Positions 1-12,683 of a stretch of 33,481 bases of DNA are shown here, piece by piece. The notes below the pieces were generated by a model. The model saw nothing but the letters and a program-made list of their open reading frames with translations. It did not search any database and was not told where the DNA came from. The translations under genes were made by a program, and so were the position numbers. Source of the DNA: Octopus bimaculoides (taxonomy: Eukaryota); contig NC_068994.1 in assembly GCF_001194135.2 (NCBI RefSeq), positions 47,223,574 through 47,257,054 of the forward strand, written 5' to 3'. Each line of letters starts with the position of its first letter. Within the stretch, counting starts at the first letter, position 1.

Positions 1-75
1 ATATATCATATATTATATTTATGCATTATATGTTATATATATATATATATATACTTTATTTAAAAGCAGCAGAAA

Positions 76-135
76 TTTAACAAAAGCTGTTACTCAGAGT
101 TTCACGTTCCCGTTTGTTGGACAGGTTTTGTTAAA
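76..135 (-). ncRNA. Decayed type-I hammerhead ribozyme-like motif (family C)
   Basis: Minus strand: stem I TTTAACAAAACCTGT/ACAGCTTTTGTTAAA (14 of 15 pairs), core CCAACAA in place of CUGANGA, stem II ACG-GGAA-CGT, GAAA, stem III ACTC-T-GAGT, H17=A. Topology is intact, catalytic core is mutated. Confidence 0.45.
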
Positions 136-1408
136 ATAGAACAGAAATAATGATATAACACTCGAAAGGTGGTGCCATCACGATTTCGCTTTCGCTTGCC
201 CCAACAGATCTTCGCATATATATATATAATTACTTTCCATTGATAGGAGTTGAATAGGACAGTGCAAGACTATGTAAACAGTTGTTAACAGTTTTTAGTG
301 TTACCACTGTTTACAACAGTGAGGGATTCCAACATTGTGGTAGCTATTTACAGCCCTCGTTACAGCTAGATGGCTGTTAAAAGTTAAGTATTTCGTTGGA
401 ATAAAGATGGGTATTGCTCAGTACTGGAAATGAAATAATTATTGGGAGACAGCTGGATGACACCGATGCCCTCCACTTCATCTCTGCGTACACATACTCT
501 ATGATGTGGGTCACTTATCCATTTTCAAAGCAAAGTATGTGTTTGTTTACTGTGGATATTGAATACTTAACCTAGAAACTTTCATTCTATATCACAGATT
601 CAATAAAATGTGGAAATAAATGTCACTTGAAAAATATGGAAGTAACAGCCTAAAACCCATTTCTTGACTGGGACGAAATTTTCCCAACCTTACTCATCCA
701 AAATTCCAGGAAGGAGAATTTAGAGACTCTAAGGGGAAATGTGGAAATTCTAGTGGCAAAATTAGCTTTGGTTTGAATTCTTAATCATTATTTACACTGT
801 TTGAGTTAGTTTTCTTAACGTTGTTTTTGAAGAACATTAGGCATGTTCTGTGTTTGAAACCCATCAAGGGTCTTTCTTTTTGATTTAATAAAATAAAATA
901 CCAGTCAAGTTCTTTGGATTGCTGGTGCCTCTCTCAAAATTTCCGACCTTGTACCTATGTCTGAAAATGTACTTATTTAATAAATTTTCTTACTTTGCTT
1001 TTTCTTTCAGTTTTCTTTTTTACCTATAAGTTTTTATCTGTTTTTTTTTTGTTTTTTTTAATAATTTTCAGGGTGCCCTGGATTATTTTGTTGACAAGAA
1101 TATCAAAATGGAACTGAGCTGTACATATCTGGCGAAATTTGTCAAAGATACCAATTATAGGTCTTTGGCAGAATAAATTTCAAATGAACATGGCAGAAAA
1201 AAAAAGAAGAAGATTGCAGAAGGAGACGCATTGAAGGCGATTAATTATGTCTAGTTTAATTATATATTTTCATTCAAAAAAAAAAAAATATGTGTGAAAC
1301 CATTTAGGCTCCACTTTAGGCACATTTTTTTTTGTTTGGCAAACTTAGTTAGGAAATAGAATTTCTTAGGTGAAACGATTTTAAAGACAGATCAGACTAG
1401 CTTAAAGG

Positions 1409-1552
1409 NNNNNNNNNNNNNNNNNNNNNNNNNNNNNNNNNNNNNNNNNNNNNNNNNNNNNNNNNNNNNNNNNNNNNNNNNNNNNNNNNNNNNNNNNNNN
1501 NNNNNNNNNNNNNNNNNNNNNNNNNNNNNNNNNNNNNNNNNNNNNNNNNNNN
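1409..1552. other. Assembly gap (N run)
   Basis: Run of N. Confidence 1.
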
Positions 1553-1654
1553 TAACCAAAACACACACAAAAATATATCAACGTTGCTTCAGAAAACTGT
1601 TTAGCTTTAATTCAGAATTACTCACTAGCAGAGCAAATAAAGAACACCCTCACT

Positions 1655-2257
1655 TAGTGGTTCTCAACCAGAGTCCATATGGTATTCGTAATAAACTGCT
1701 TATACTTTTACAATGCACAAACTATTTTAACAGTTTTTTTTATACAAGTGGCTGTGTAATAAGAAGTTTGCTTCCCAACCACATGGTTCCAGGTTCAGTC
1801 CCACTGCGTGGCACCTTGGGCAAGTGTCGTCTACTATAGCCTTGGACCAACCAATGCCTTGCTAGTGGATTTGGTAGATGGAAACTGAAAGAAGCCCATC
1901 ATATATATGTGTGTTTGTGTGTCTATCTGTCTTCCCCCCCCCATCACTTGATAACTGTTGTTAGTGTGTTTATGTCCCTGTAATTTAGCAGTTCAGCAAA
2001 GAGACTAATAGAACAAGTACTAGACTTACAACAAATAAGGAGTCCTGGGGTCGATTTGTTCGACTAAAGGCGGTGCTCCAGCATGGCCGCAGTCAAATGA
2101 CTGAAACAAATAAAAGAGTAAAAGAGTAATTCTTTATATTTAATCATAAAAAATATAACAGGAGTTTTTAGATGTTGAATGAGTATGAGGGTCTTCCCAC
2201 CTTGGGTAAAATAGGAAGGAAATGGGTTCATAGGTAAAAAAGGGTTGAGAACCACTG
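1655..2257. mobile_element. hAT-type MITE with a nested SINE
   Basis: 15-bp TIRs TAGTGGTTCTCAACC (1655-1669) and GGTTGAGAACCACTG (2243-2257), 14/15 identical. Right flank CTCTAAGC resembles a hAT/Charlie target. The left 8-mer CCCTCACT has diverged, so the TSD is not confirmed. Confidence 0.7.
1748..2126 (+). mobile_element. tRNA-derived SINE family 1 (CORE-like, octopus OR-type)
   Basis: A-box-like TGGCTGTGTAATAAG, B-box GGTTCAGTCC, CORE-like CACCTTGGGCAAGTG, internal TG tract and 3' tail CAGTCAAATGACTGAAAC-(AAAAGAG). Homologous to 17737-18113. Confidence 0.8.
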
Positions 2258-2495
2258 CTCTAAGCAGTCCCCTGAACTGCTAAAAATAACTGCTAGATCC
2301 CCTTCACATACTACTGTTTTTAAGAAGGGAAGGGCATGTAATCTTAGAAAGGACACTATGTTTGAATGACTGAATAGAAAATAAAATAGTTATGGTTTGA
2401 TTGCTTTTGATCAAGATTGATCTGTGGGCTAAACAACAACATAACTAAAACTATAACAAACCCCTTCCCACAAGGTTATATGTAATAAAATTTGA

Positions 2496-2715
2496 CCCTT
2501 TAGTATTCAGATTACTCTGTCAAAAGAAATGCTTGTTGATTCACATTGTTTCAAATTATTCATGCAGGGTCATGTAGCTTCAAGATTTTGGTGAAGTGGT
2601 TGTTTATTTTTAGAATAACATTGTAGGGTAGGTGTGAGAAGCTGAATCTGGGCCAGTTTGAACATAAAACAAAGTAGACTTTTGGGTCTGATATGATTCA
2701 TTTAAATATAAAGGG
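2496..2715. mobile_element. piggyBac-like MITE
   Basis: Ends CCCTTTA and TAAAGGG, flanked by TTGA (2492-2495, mutated TTAA) and TTAA (2716-2719). A second partial copy lies at 22511. Confidence 0.75.
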
Positions 2716-3708
2716 TTAAATATAGAGTTAAAATATCTAAAGTTAGGTGACATCAGTTTTAAATAATGTGAACAATTTATCAAAGACTAGGCTAATTGAG
2801 TTGAAAGTGGCTTATATTTAGCTAAACAGTAAACGATCATAGCTAAAAGAAAAATAAAAAGAGAAAAAAATCTATTGGATTTGATGGCATATAAGACAGT
2901 TTTTTTTCAAAACAAAACAAATCTTAAAAAATCCACCCTGGGCCCTACATGCAAAATTTGGCCTTCCAAAAGCTTTACTGCACCAAAATTTTTTTATTCT
3001 AAGAATGTGCTGCTGAAATTGAGGTATGTCTAATATGTCTGTGTGTCTTTTATGCCTTCAAATATGTTAGTTAAAATACAAGTCATTCTAATGGATATTA
3101 ACACTAATTTCAGAGAGAAAAGAGCAACAAGTTCACTGCCTGGATTTGGACAACTTACCTGTTGCTTACTGACAAATTTTATTATCAGTTGCACTACAGA
3201 GTGCCTGCCATTTCAAACTGTCAAATTAGATACTATAATTTTTATTGTGCTATGATAAAAATAAAATTCTGGGAATTTTTATAATAAAAGAATCAGAAGA
3301 GATATGTGTCTTATTTGTATGTGTATGTATGACTATATAGGGATATATGTATAAGCATATATATGTATGTATATAATAATAATATTAGGGATAAAATCCC
3401 AAATTACAGGTAAAAACTCAATTAAAATCAATTTAATTTTAATTCTTAATAATATGTATGTATATATATATATATATTTATATAAATAAGGATAAGATCG
3501 ATATTTAAAATATTGATCTTATCAAGTGGTCAGCATGGGAATAAAAACCATCAAAGGTAATAATTATTTAAAATTATAATACAGGGTATCAAGAGATACC
3601 ACCACGCTGAAAAAATAGCAGTCAAATCCTGACTCTAAAACCACAATAAATGTCCGCATGGCACGATTAGCGAAGACGAAGACCAAATGAACCAGTAAAA
3701 ATAAGATA

Positions 3709-3770
3709 ATTCCAAATCCTGGATTTCTGGCTTTGCATAAATAATAATGTTCTGCCTTCATCAGTGGAAT
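3709..3770 (-). ncRNA. Type-I minimal hammerhead ribozyme motif (family B), probably from a PLE terminal repeat
   Basis: Minus strand: ATTCCA-CTGATGA-A-GGC...GCC-A-GAAA-TCC-A-GGA-T-T-TGGAAT. Stem I is 6 bp, the core is intact, stem III is ATCC/GGAT with a 1-nt loop, and an A-A mismatch closes stem II. Confidence 0.6.
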
Positions 3771-3787
3771 ATACTCCAGTACATAAA

Positions 3788-4378
3788 NNNNNNNNNNNNN
3801 NNNNNNNNNNNNNNNNNNNNNNNNNNNNNNNNNNNNNNNNNNNNNNNNNNNNNNNNNNNNNNNNNNNNNNNNNNNNNNNNNNNNNNNNNNNNNNNNNNNN
3901 NNNNNNNNNNNNNNNNNNNNNNNNNNNNNNNNNNNNNNNNNNNNNNNNNNNNNNNNNNNNNNNNNNNNNNNNNNNNNNNNNNNNNNNNNNNNNNNNNNNN
4001 NNNNNNNNNNNNNNNNNNNNNNNNNNNNNNNNNNNNNNNNNNNNNNNNNNNNNNNNNNNNNNNNNNNNNNNNNNNNNNNNNNNNNNNNNNNNNNNNNNNN
4101 NNNNNNNNNNNNNNNNNNNNNNNNNNNNNNNNNNNNNNNNNNNNNNNNNNNNNNNNNNNNNNNNNNNNNNNNNNNNNNNNNNNNNNNNNNNNNNNNNNNN
4201 NNNNNNNNNNNNNNNNNNNNNNNNNNNNNNNNNNNNNNNNNNNNNNNNNNNNNNNNNNNNNNNNNNNNNNNNNNNNNNNNNNNNNNNNNNNNNNNNNNNN
4301 NNNNNNNNNNNNNNNNNNNNNNNNNNNNNNNNNNNNNNNNNNNNNNNNNNNNNNNNNNNNNNNNNNNNNNNNNNNNNN
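3788..4378. other. Assembly gap (N run)
   Basis: Run of N. Confidence 1.
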
Positions 4379-4609
4379 GATGATGATGAGGATGGGTGAG
4401 AAAGAGCAAAGAGGCAAATAGGTTATATTATGACGACTTGTTTTGGAGCAAGTCAGCTTAACAAAGCCCGTGGGGCATGTGAAGTTATGGATGTGTGGTT
4501 AAGAAGGTTACTTCGCATTCAACTTAATTAAAGGGGTTGAACTCACTGAATATGGTGTTTTTGGTATGTTACTTCAACCGTAACCTTGGCTTAGCAAAAA
4601 GCACAAATT

Positions 4610-5897
4610 CATACACCCATGCACACACAAACACACACACAGAGTCACAAGTACACGTGCACATAAACACACACATGCACACACAAGCAAACACACATTC
4701 ATACACACACACACACAGTCACAAGTACACGTACACACAAACACACACATGCACACACAAACACTCACAAGTACACACACACAAACACACACATGCACAG
4801 ACAAGCACTCACAAGTTCACACACACACACACACACACACGCGCAAACATACACACACACAAGTATACACAAACACTCAGAAGTGCACACACACACATAT
4901 ACACACACACACAAACACACACATGCAAACATACACACAAGTATACACAAACACTCAGAAGTGCACACACACACNNNNNNNNNNNNNNNNNNNNNNNNNN
5001 NNNNNNNNNNNNNNNNNNNNNNNNNNNNNNNNNNNNNNNNNNNNNNNNNNNNNNNNNNNNNNNNNNNNNNNNNNNNNNNNNNNNNNNNNNNNNNNNNNNN
5101 NNNNNNNNNNNNNNNNNNNNNNNNNNNNNNNNNNNNNNNNNNNNNNNNNNNNNNNNNNNNNNNNNNNNNNNNNNNNNNNNNNNNNNNNNNNNNNNNNNNN
5201 NNNNNNNNNNNNNNNNNNNNNNNNNNNNNNNNNNNNNNNNNNNNNNNNNNNNNNNNNNNNNNNNNNNNNNNNNNNNNNNNNNNNNNNNNNNNNNNNNNNN
5301 NNNNNNNNNNNNNNNNNNNNNNNNNNNNNNNNNNNNNNNNNNNNNNNNNNNNNNNNNNNNNNNNNNNNNNNNNNNNNNNNNNNNNNNNNNNNNNNNNNNN
5401 NNNNNNNNNNNNNNNNNNNNNNNNNNNNNNNNNNNNNNNNNNNNNNNNNNNNNNNNNNNNNNNNNNNNNNNNNNNNNNNNNNNNNNNNNNNNNNNNNNNN
5501 NNNNNNNNNNNNNNNNNNNNNNNNNNNNNNNNNNNNNNNNNNNNNNNNNNNNNNNNNNNNNNNNNNNNNNNNNNNNNNNNNNNNNNNNNNNNNNNNNNNN
5601 NNNNNNNNNNNNNNNNNNNNNNNNNNNNNNNNNNNNNNNNNNNNNNNNNNNNNNNNNNNNNNNNNNNNNNNNNNNNNNNNNNNNNNNNNNNNNNACAAAC
5701 ACACACACAAGTATACACAAACACTCAGAAGTGCACACACACACATATACACACACAAACACACACATGCAAACATACACACACACACAAACACACACAC
5801 AAGTATACACAAACACTCAGAAGTGCACACACACACATATACACACACACACACACAAACACACACATGCAAACATACACACACACACACAAACACA
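4610..5897. repeat. CA-rich compound minisatellite (~80-bp unit) spanning a gap
   Basis: The unit ACAAGTATACACAAACACTCAGAAGTGCACACACACACATATAC...CATGCAAACATAC recurs on both sides of the 4975-5694 gap. Confidence 0.9.
4975..5694. other. Assembly gap (N run)
   Basis: Run of N inside the minisatellite. Confidence 1.
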
Positions 5898-6807
5898 CTG
5901 ATGTATCGCAGGTTTGAACAGCATACCTTCGCCAAACGACGCCACTGGCTGTGACAATCCACAGAAGCTATGTTATATGATAGTTAGATGCCTAATTTTC
6001 CTGTCTCCCTATGGATTACAGTTTTATGATGTACATAGTCTTTTACTTTTAAGGAAGAGCCAGTCTCACCTTTATATTCACTGTTACAATTACATGGGAT
6101 GGAACACACTCAGCTTTTAGTCATGATTGCTTCTGATGAACGATTTGTTCTCGTGAGGGTGAGATATGTCCCCAAAAAGAAAATCCTGCTTTTGAGTACT
6201 GTCTTGATGTTGTAGGGGCCAGGTGATATTGTTGTGTCTTTGGAGGGTCATTACACCAATAATAATAATAACACACGTTAGTTAAACATCACTTCTTTAT
6301 TGTTAGTCAATTGGTTAAATATCTAATCAATCATTTCTTTAATGTGACGGTGAAACAATCAATCAGTTGTTTGTTAGTCAAAACTCCTTCATCACTGTTT
6401 GCGACTTTTTCAGTGACTTCCCCTTCTCTCTCCAAGGTTCGTGAATTCACATCAAGAATCTTGCAAACCAAATACAAAAACGAAGTAAAATAAAATAAAC
6501 AGTGTCTGACTGCATAATTTCACTCAAATGACTTTAGTCAATCTGAGACAGTGGTAAAAAGACATCTCCCCAAAACACTGCTCAGTGAGATTGAAACCAA
6601 GACCTTATGAACATGAAGTCAACTCTCAATTACTTGATTATGTCTTTGTCCAATACATATTGAGGACATTTGCTGACTAATTAATATTTAATTCTAGAAA
6701 CTGAATTAATGATAGTCTCTATAAAATTTATGCACATATCAATTAGCATGGGATTCACCACTTCCTAGGATGTTAAATGCACCATTCTCACATGTTAGAT
6801 ACTGGTG

Positions 6808-6825
6808 TGAATGTGTGTATGTATG

Positions 6826-6879
<54 letters not shown>
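6808..6879. repeat. TG/TATG/(TA)n microsatellite
   Basis: Visible tandem repeats. Confidence 0.95.
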
Positions 6880-6882
<3 letters not shown>

Positions 6883-7289
6883 AAATTTCTTTGTTTATTG
6901 TATAGGCAGTAGTCAGAAGTGCTCAGAAAAAAAGACCTGAGACGCAAAAGTATAAAGAAATGTTATAGGTTCAACAATTTAAATAAACATATATTCTGCC
7001 ATGGATCGATGTATATCAGTTTTTGAATATAGAAATGCATCAGTCATTAAAATATTAAAACATTAAAAATCAATGAATACATAAATATATAAAAATTTGA
7101 TATGCATATGTAAATGGGTGAGAGAAATTAGGTTAGAATGATGTAAAAATTATTTAAGAATAAAAATATGCCCTTACAAAAAAAAGGTGAATAAATTAAT
7201 TTAAATGATTTGTCAGAGTCTTTCACTACACATTTATGGCCTTTGCAATAATTCTTTGCACATATATTTTTTGATATTTTATGTCAAAT

Positions 7290-8050
7290 TTATATATGTG
7301 TGTGTGTGCTTGTGTGATAAGGTGCTTGCCACCATGTTTGTGTGTATATGTATGTGTGTATGTGAATGTGTGGTGTGGGTATTTCTTTGTGTGCATGTGG
7401 TGTGTCTTGTGTATATATGTGTGTTGTGTTTGTATGTGTGTGTTGTGTTTGTATGTGTGTGTGTGTGTGTATGTATGTTATATATGAGTGTATATATCTT
7501 GTTATTCTTTATTGGTTTCTTGTTTTCGCAGATAAAAGCGATTCAGTTTGTTTTGGTTTTATTGCTCATGTATTTTAATCATTGCTTTTACTTTTATATT
7601 CAGTTGTTATCAATTTGTCTATGTTCACATGTTTTTCTGCTCAAACCAGCTGGTCTGTTCATTTATGTATACACTCATACATATGCTTATACATGTGTAT
7701 GGAAACACTAAATTCATACATGCATGTACACACATGCATAAATTCATCCACATACATGTATAAATACACACCAGAGCACATATGTACATGCATACATGCA
7801 TACATACATACATATATACATACATAGATGCATGCATGCATTAATGCATGCATGTATATATACATACATGCATGCATAATACATTCATGCAAGCATGCAT
7901 ACATACATACATGCATGCATTCATACATACATGCATGCGTACATACATTCATACATACATGCATGCGTACATACATGCATGCGTACATACATGCATACAT
8001 ACATACATACATACATACATACATACATACATACATACATACATACATAA
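7290..8050. repeat. Degenerate (TG)n tract followed by a (TACA)n/(TGCA)n compound microsatellite
   Basis: Visible repeats, pure (TACA)n at about 7995-8048. These tracts explain the V/C/Y/M/H-rich ORFs listed here. Confidence 0.9.
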
Positions 8051-8239
8051 ATGTTGCATGACATTGTTACTAAAAAGCCTTTATAATACCATCTACAGAA
8101 GGAATTGTCATGATAGTCAAGCCTAACATACACCAGAACCAGAAAGTAGGTATGAGCAACTTTAGAAATAGAAAATTCTGATAGAACATACCAATAAAAG
8201 CAGCAACCTGTAGTAAATGCAATAAGTAAAATATTTCTG

Positions 8240-9938
8240 TTTGAGACAGGGAGTAAAAACCATGTTGTAAAAGCCAGAAAATAGTATGGAAGCGCTATTA
8301 TGAGAGGCTGCTGAATGTGGAGAATGCATGGAATGAAGAGGGGTTACCTTGAGCTGACCCTACTGAAGGACCAGCAGTTCAAGTTGATAGCAGCAAACTA
8401 GGTAAGGTGATCAAAGAGATGAAAAGTGGGAAAGTTTGGGTCCATTGGGGATAGTTATGGAGATGCTCAAAATATTTGGATAGTGAATCTCCTGGATAGT
8501 GAATAAAGTCATACAAGCAGGAGTCATACCCAGTGACTGGCATAGAAGTATCACTGAAAGCTGCTACAAAGGCAAAGGAGGTGCCTTACAGAGAAGCAGT
8601 TACAGAAGAATTGAATTACTGGATTAGGTTATGAAGGTCAAAGAGAGAAGAATCATTGCACAATTGATTCATGATAAAATAGAACTAGATGAGATGCAGC
8701 TTGGTTTTGTGTCTGGAAGAGGTTCCACAGTTACAATCTTCCAAGTGAGGCAACTACAGGAGAAATACCAATATTCCTGGCCTTTGCTGATTTTGAAAAG
8801 ATATTTGACAAGGTACCGCATACAGTAAGTAATCTGGTGGTCACTGAAGAAGCTAGGCATTGGCAATTGGTTTGTGAGAGCTGTGCAAGCTATGTACAAT
8901 GACACAATAAGTAAAGTGAGAGTCAACAACTTCAACGAGGAATTTTGTGTGAGAGTTGGAGTTGATCAAAGCTCAGTTCTCAATCCCCTCCTTTTCATTA
9001 TGGTCTTACAGGCCATCACATAGAAGTTTGGTCTGTGCATGGGAACTTCTTATAGCTGAACCTATAGGGGAACTAGAAAGGAATTCCCAGACATTGAAGT
9101 TAAACATTGTGTTAGTGAAAACGAAACCCTACATCTCCACCACTGCAGCTCTTCCCCTTCCTGAGACCACTTTTCTCGCTTGCTATCCGGAACCATCTCA
9201 CTTGTTAAACATTCTTTATCAATTAATATTGTTCTCAACAACATGTTATGGTGGCCACTCCTTCATAAAATTCTCTCTCCTCATTCACTACACCTGTTTA
9301 TCTCTTTCCCCGACCCACCTGTCAATGGTGGTATCATCATAACTACCTTGCTGATAGCCTCCTCAACACATGCAACCTCTTTCCTCAGCCCTTATCAATC
9401 TTTACAGATGTTGCTTACCTACTTCTCTCTCTCCCACTTTCCCTCTTCCTTCCCCATACACCCTTGCAACACCTCACCCACCCACCCACTCGCTCACTCA
9501 CTCACTATTACCCCTGACCTGAGGTGCCATCTGGACATCTTATCATCACTGTCTATCTCTTTGGAGATATCAGCAGTTCATTCTCTCTCTCTCTCTCTCT
9601 CTTCTAAATGTGAGTAGGCAAGTAGCTTCTCTACAACAAGAACATGCTTTACCTCAACCCCTTCTCTCATACCTCGACTCCCAACAAACATAAAGATGCA
9701 GCAACCCTCCTCCTAAGGTTTTGTAGACTTGTGAGCTATATGGTAACCTCAACAGTGCTGATAGCATGAAGAAAAAGGGAATCCAGTACACACTATAAAG
9801 TGATTGACATTTTGAAGGGCGTTCAGCTATAGAAACCATGCCAAAGCAAAAGCTGGAGCATGATGCAGTCCTTGGACTCATCAGATCCTTGTCAAATCCA
9901 TGCCAGCATAGAACATGGATATAAAATGATGATGATGA
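8240..9938 (+). mobile_element. Degenerate RTE-clade LINE (RT remnant, 3' UTR, (GAT)n tail)
   Basis: Frameshifted translation gives WKRYYERLLNVENAW, CYKGKG, LDEMQLGFVSGRG, QVRQLQEKY, DFEKIFDKVP and VLNPLLFIMVLQAIT. It is homologous to the RT at 27041-27943 and ends in ATGATGATGAT at about 9926-9938. Confidence 0.85.
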
Positions 9939-10594
9939 TATATACATGTATGTATGAGAGCATGTGTGTGTGTGTGTATAGAGTGTTTGAAGTGGTGTAC
10001 AGATATTGCATATTGTTGTAAAGTAGTCTTTTGCCACTGTTGCATGTCTTTTGATGACGGTTATCGCTCTGACAGATATTGTTATATTCCAATGTTGTCA
10101 ATAGAATTGTTCTATCTCACATTGTATGCACCCTGCCCCCAGTGTTATTATCCTCAAAATGTTAGATTGTTATAATATTCACTCAGTAAAATTTCTATAT
10201 CAGCACAGATACAACTACCAACACAGTCCACATCTACTCTCGACCTTCTAACCTTCTCCTGTTGACCAGCTACTGGTCTATTTATAATGGCTCTCTACTA
10301 CCACTTTTTACCAGAAGGGGTGTACAATTTCATTCTACAACACATATTAAGAAGAAGGAAGCAGTTAGAATTTTGGATAATTCTTTATTAACACTTCAAT
10401 TCATTCAATCAAACTCTTCAAGATATAATGTGCAGAAAATTTCTGCCTTTTATATAAATTGAAAACAGAAGAAATTTTGTTTCTTGGAGAAAGGGAGAAA
10501 GAGAGAAACATAGGAAGAAAGACAAGAAGGAGAGAGAAAAAAAAAGCAAAGAGAAGGGGAAGATACATATAGTTTATTTGTAAACGCCATCATC

Positions 10595-10630
<36 letters not shown>

Positions 10631-11677
10631 AGCTCAAAGTAAGGTGAATAAAATCAAAATAAGTGACATGGTATCTTGTGGCTTATTTTGACTTTATATA
10701 TATTTATATACATATATTTATACATATTATAAGAGTGTATATAAATATGTGTGTGTGTGTGTGTGTGTAGGTATGAATATAATTATTTAACAAGTTGAAA
10801 TGTGCATTTCTTCCTGGATTAAAACTTTGATTTTGCCGGTATAAAGTCTTCTAATGCAGGATGTATTTTCCATTGAAGGAGAGGAATAAAAGTAGATACA
10901 GTACCAAAAGTTTCAACAAAAGGTTGGGATGTGGCTTCAACTCCTACTGGAGTATTTTCAATTTATTTTCTATTATATGTTTACTTAAATATGTAAACAT
11001 GCACAGTAATATGTGTGAGTGTCAGTACTCTTATCAACAAACTTGAATAGAGATGAGAAAAAAAAAGAAGAAAGGACAGAGATAAAGAAGGAACATATTT
11101 CATCATCTGAACTATTTCTCATTAGTGGGAAGTTGTGTAACTGGCTACAGAAGTGACTCATTTATATTTACGCAGATTAATATATCTGTACAGATACAAT
11201 GATAACGTTGATGATGACGAACATTTTTGATCTCAGAGTTGGTAAGTGGGTGCATGCATGTGTGTGTGTGTGTGTGTGTGTGTTTGTGTGTATAAATATA
11301 TGTATGTATGCATGTTATTGTTAGTTTTGTTTCAAGATTTCTTGCCAATAGAGAAAGAGCTGGTTTCTGACCTAGGGCCAAGGTTCCAACATTGGAATAT
11401 CAACATCAACAACAGGCTATTTTTGTTTGTATGTATGTATGTATGTATGTATGTATATGTATATATACATATATATGTATATATACATACATATATATAT
11501 CATCATCATCATCATCATCGTTTAATGGATGATACTACAGTTAAAGGAAGCATAAATAATGACAGAAATAAAAATAACACATACGATAGTAGTAGTAGGA
11601 TTAATAGTAATAGTGATGATAATAATAATTATTATGATAAGAGTATCAATAATATTAATAGTAGTAATTCTCTTGGT

Positions 11678-12104
11678 TGCAATTGTAGAGTTAAATCCCA
11701 CTGTCCATTATTAGGCTGATGTCTAATCCAAAACGTAATCTGTAAACGTACAATCATAACTGAGGCTGGTAACTTTACATATATAGGATGTTTGATAAAT
11801 AGGAAAAAAACGTATCAATAACCATTTTTCATCTTTTAAACTCAAACTTAAAGCTAATTGTACATCTTTATCTAGCAAGATTTGGGAACTGAAGGAAAGT
11901 GGGATCGAATTTAGCCTTAAATGGGATATGATATGGAAGTCACAGCCTTATAGAGATAGTCGATACGGGTGTGAGTTGTACTCTATGGAAACTTATGAGG
12001 TTTTTAAGTATAGGGACAAGAACAACCTGATTAATAATAGATTAGACCTAAGGGTATCATGCATGCATAGTGTCACCCGTACATTTAAGTATTTTCAAAA
12101 TTAG
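11678..12104 (+). pseudogene. Penelope-like element GIY-YIG endonuclease remnant (CNCR..CPL type)
   Basis: CNCRVKSHCPLLG*CLIQNVI...FTYIG, then after a frameshift KRINNHFSSFK..CTSLSSKIWELKE..FSLKW..CELYSMETY..LINNRLDL..CMH. This follows the PLE GIY-YIG motif order. Confidence 0.8.
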
Positions 12105-12683
12105 CAATTATAGGTACCATACTTAAACTTTGATAGTGGAAATAAATTTTGGCGTTGTATCTCTTGTAAACTTACCCTTAGTATTATATATAATAAAATC
12201 ATAGGATATTGAGTTATATGGTGAATTAAATTGCATTGCATATATTATAAGCTATATGTTATGGTATATGGTGTGCTATATGTAATTATTACTATCCCAT
12301 GAAAACTCTTGCCTAGTTAGTCTGATTTCATTGTTTTTGGTGATTAAACTATTTGTTCCTTTCTATGATGTTCTACCCTACTGATCATATTATGTATATT
12401 TGTAATGGCTTTTATGTAAGTAAGTCTCCTAATTATATACCCCCTAGAAACTATAAAATCATTTATGTAACAGTACCTGTAACATTGCAACTTATAAAAT
12501 CTCTTTGGTCGGAATACCTCCAACTGCCCTCACTACTCCCATACCTACTACCTCCTCTTTTAGGGTTACCTTTATCTCTTCCCGACCTCAAATTTTAATA
12601 CCCTGTCTCTTTAAATGTAAGTTACATATATTTCTTATATTCTATAAATTCTTATTATTTTGTTTTCTTACTTTGATATCCTT

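Noticed and set aside
231-470. Possible PLE terminal-repeat fragment
   Set aside because: It resembles repeats I recall, but no diagnostic motif or second copy in this window supports it.
3564-5962. Long ORFs of 200-450 aa in the ORF track
   Set aside because: They are made of N runs and CA/TG repeats (HT/VC peptides), so they are artefacts.
6133-6157. CTGATGA-ACGA..TCGT half-hammerhead
   Set aside because: GAG follows stem II instead of GAAA, and there is no stem I or III; at most a truncated relic.
6335-6465. Possible minus-strand last exon (ILDVNSRTLEREGE...)
   Set aside because: Non-YAG acceptor, no recognisable homology and no partner exons.
7205-8133. Many overlapping V/C/Y/M/H-rich ORFs
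   Set aside because: Translations of microsatellites on both strands.
9868-9884. Minus-strand CTGATGA-GTCC-AA-GGAC
   Set aside because: TGCA follows instead of GAAA, and it is antisense within a LINE 3' UTR.
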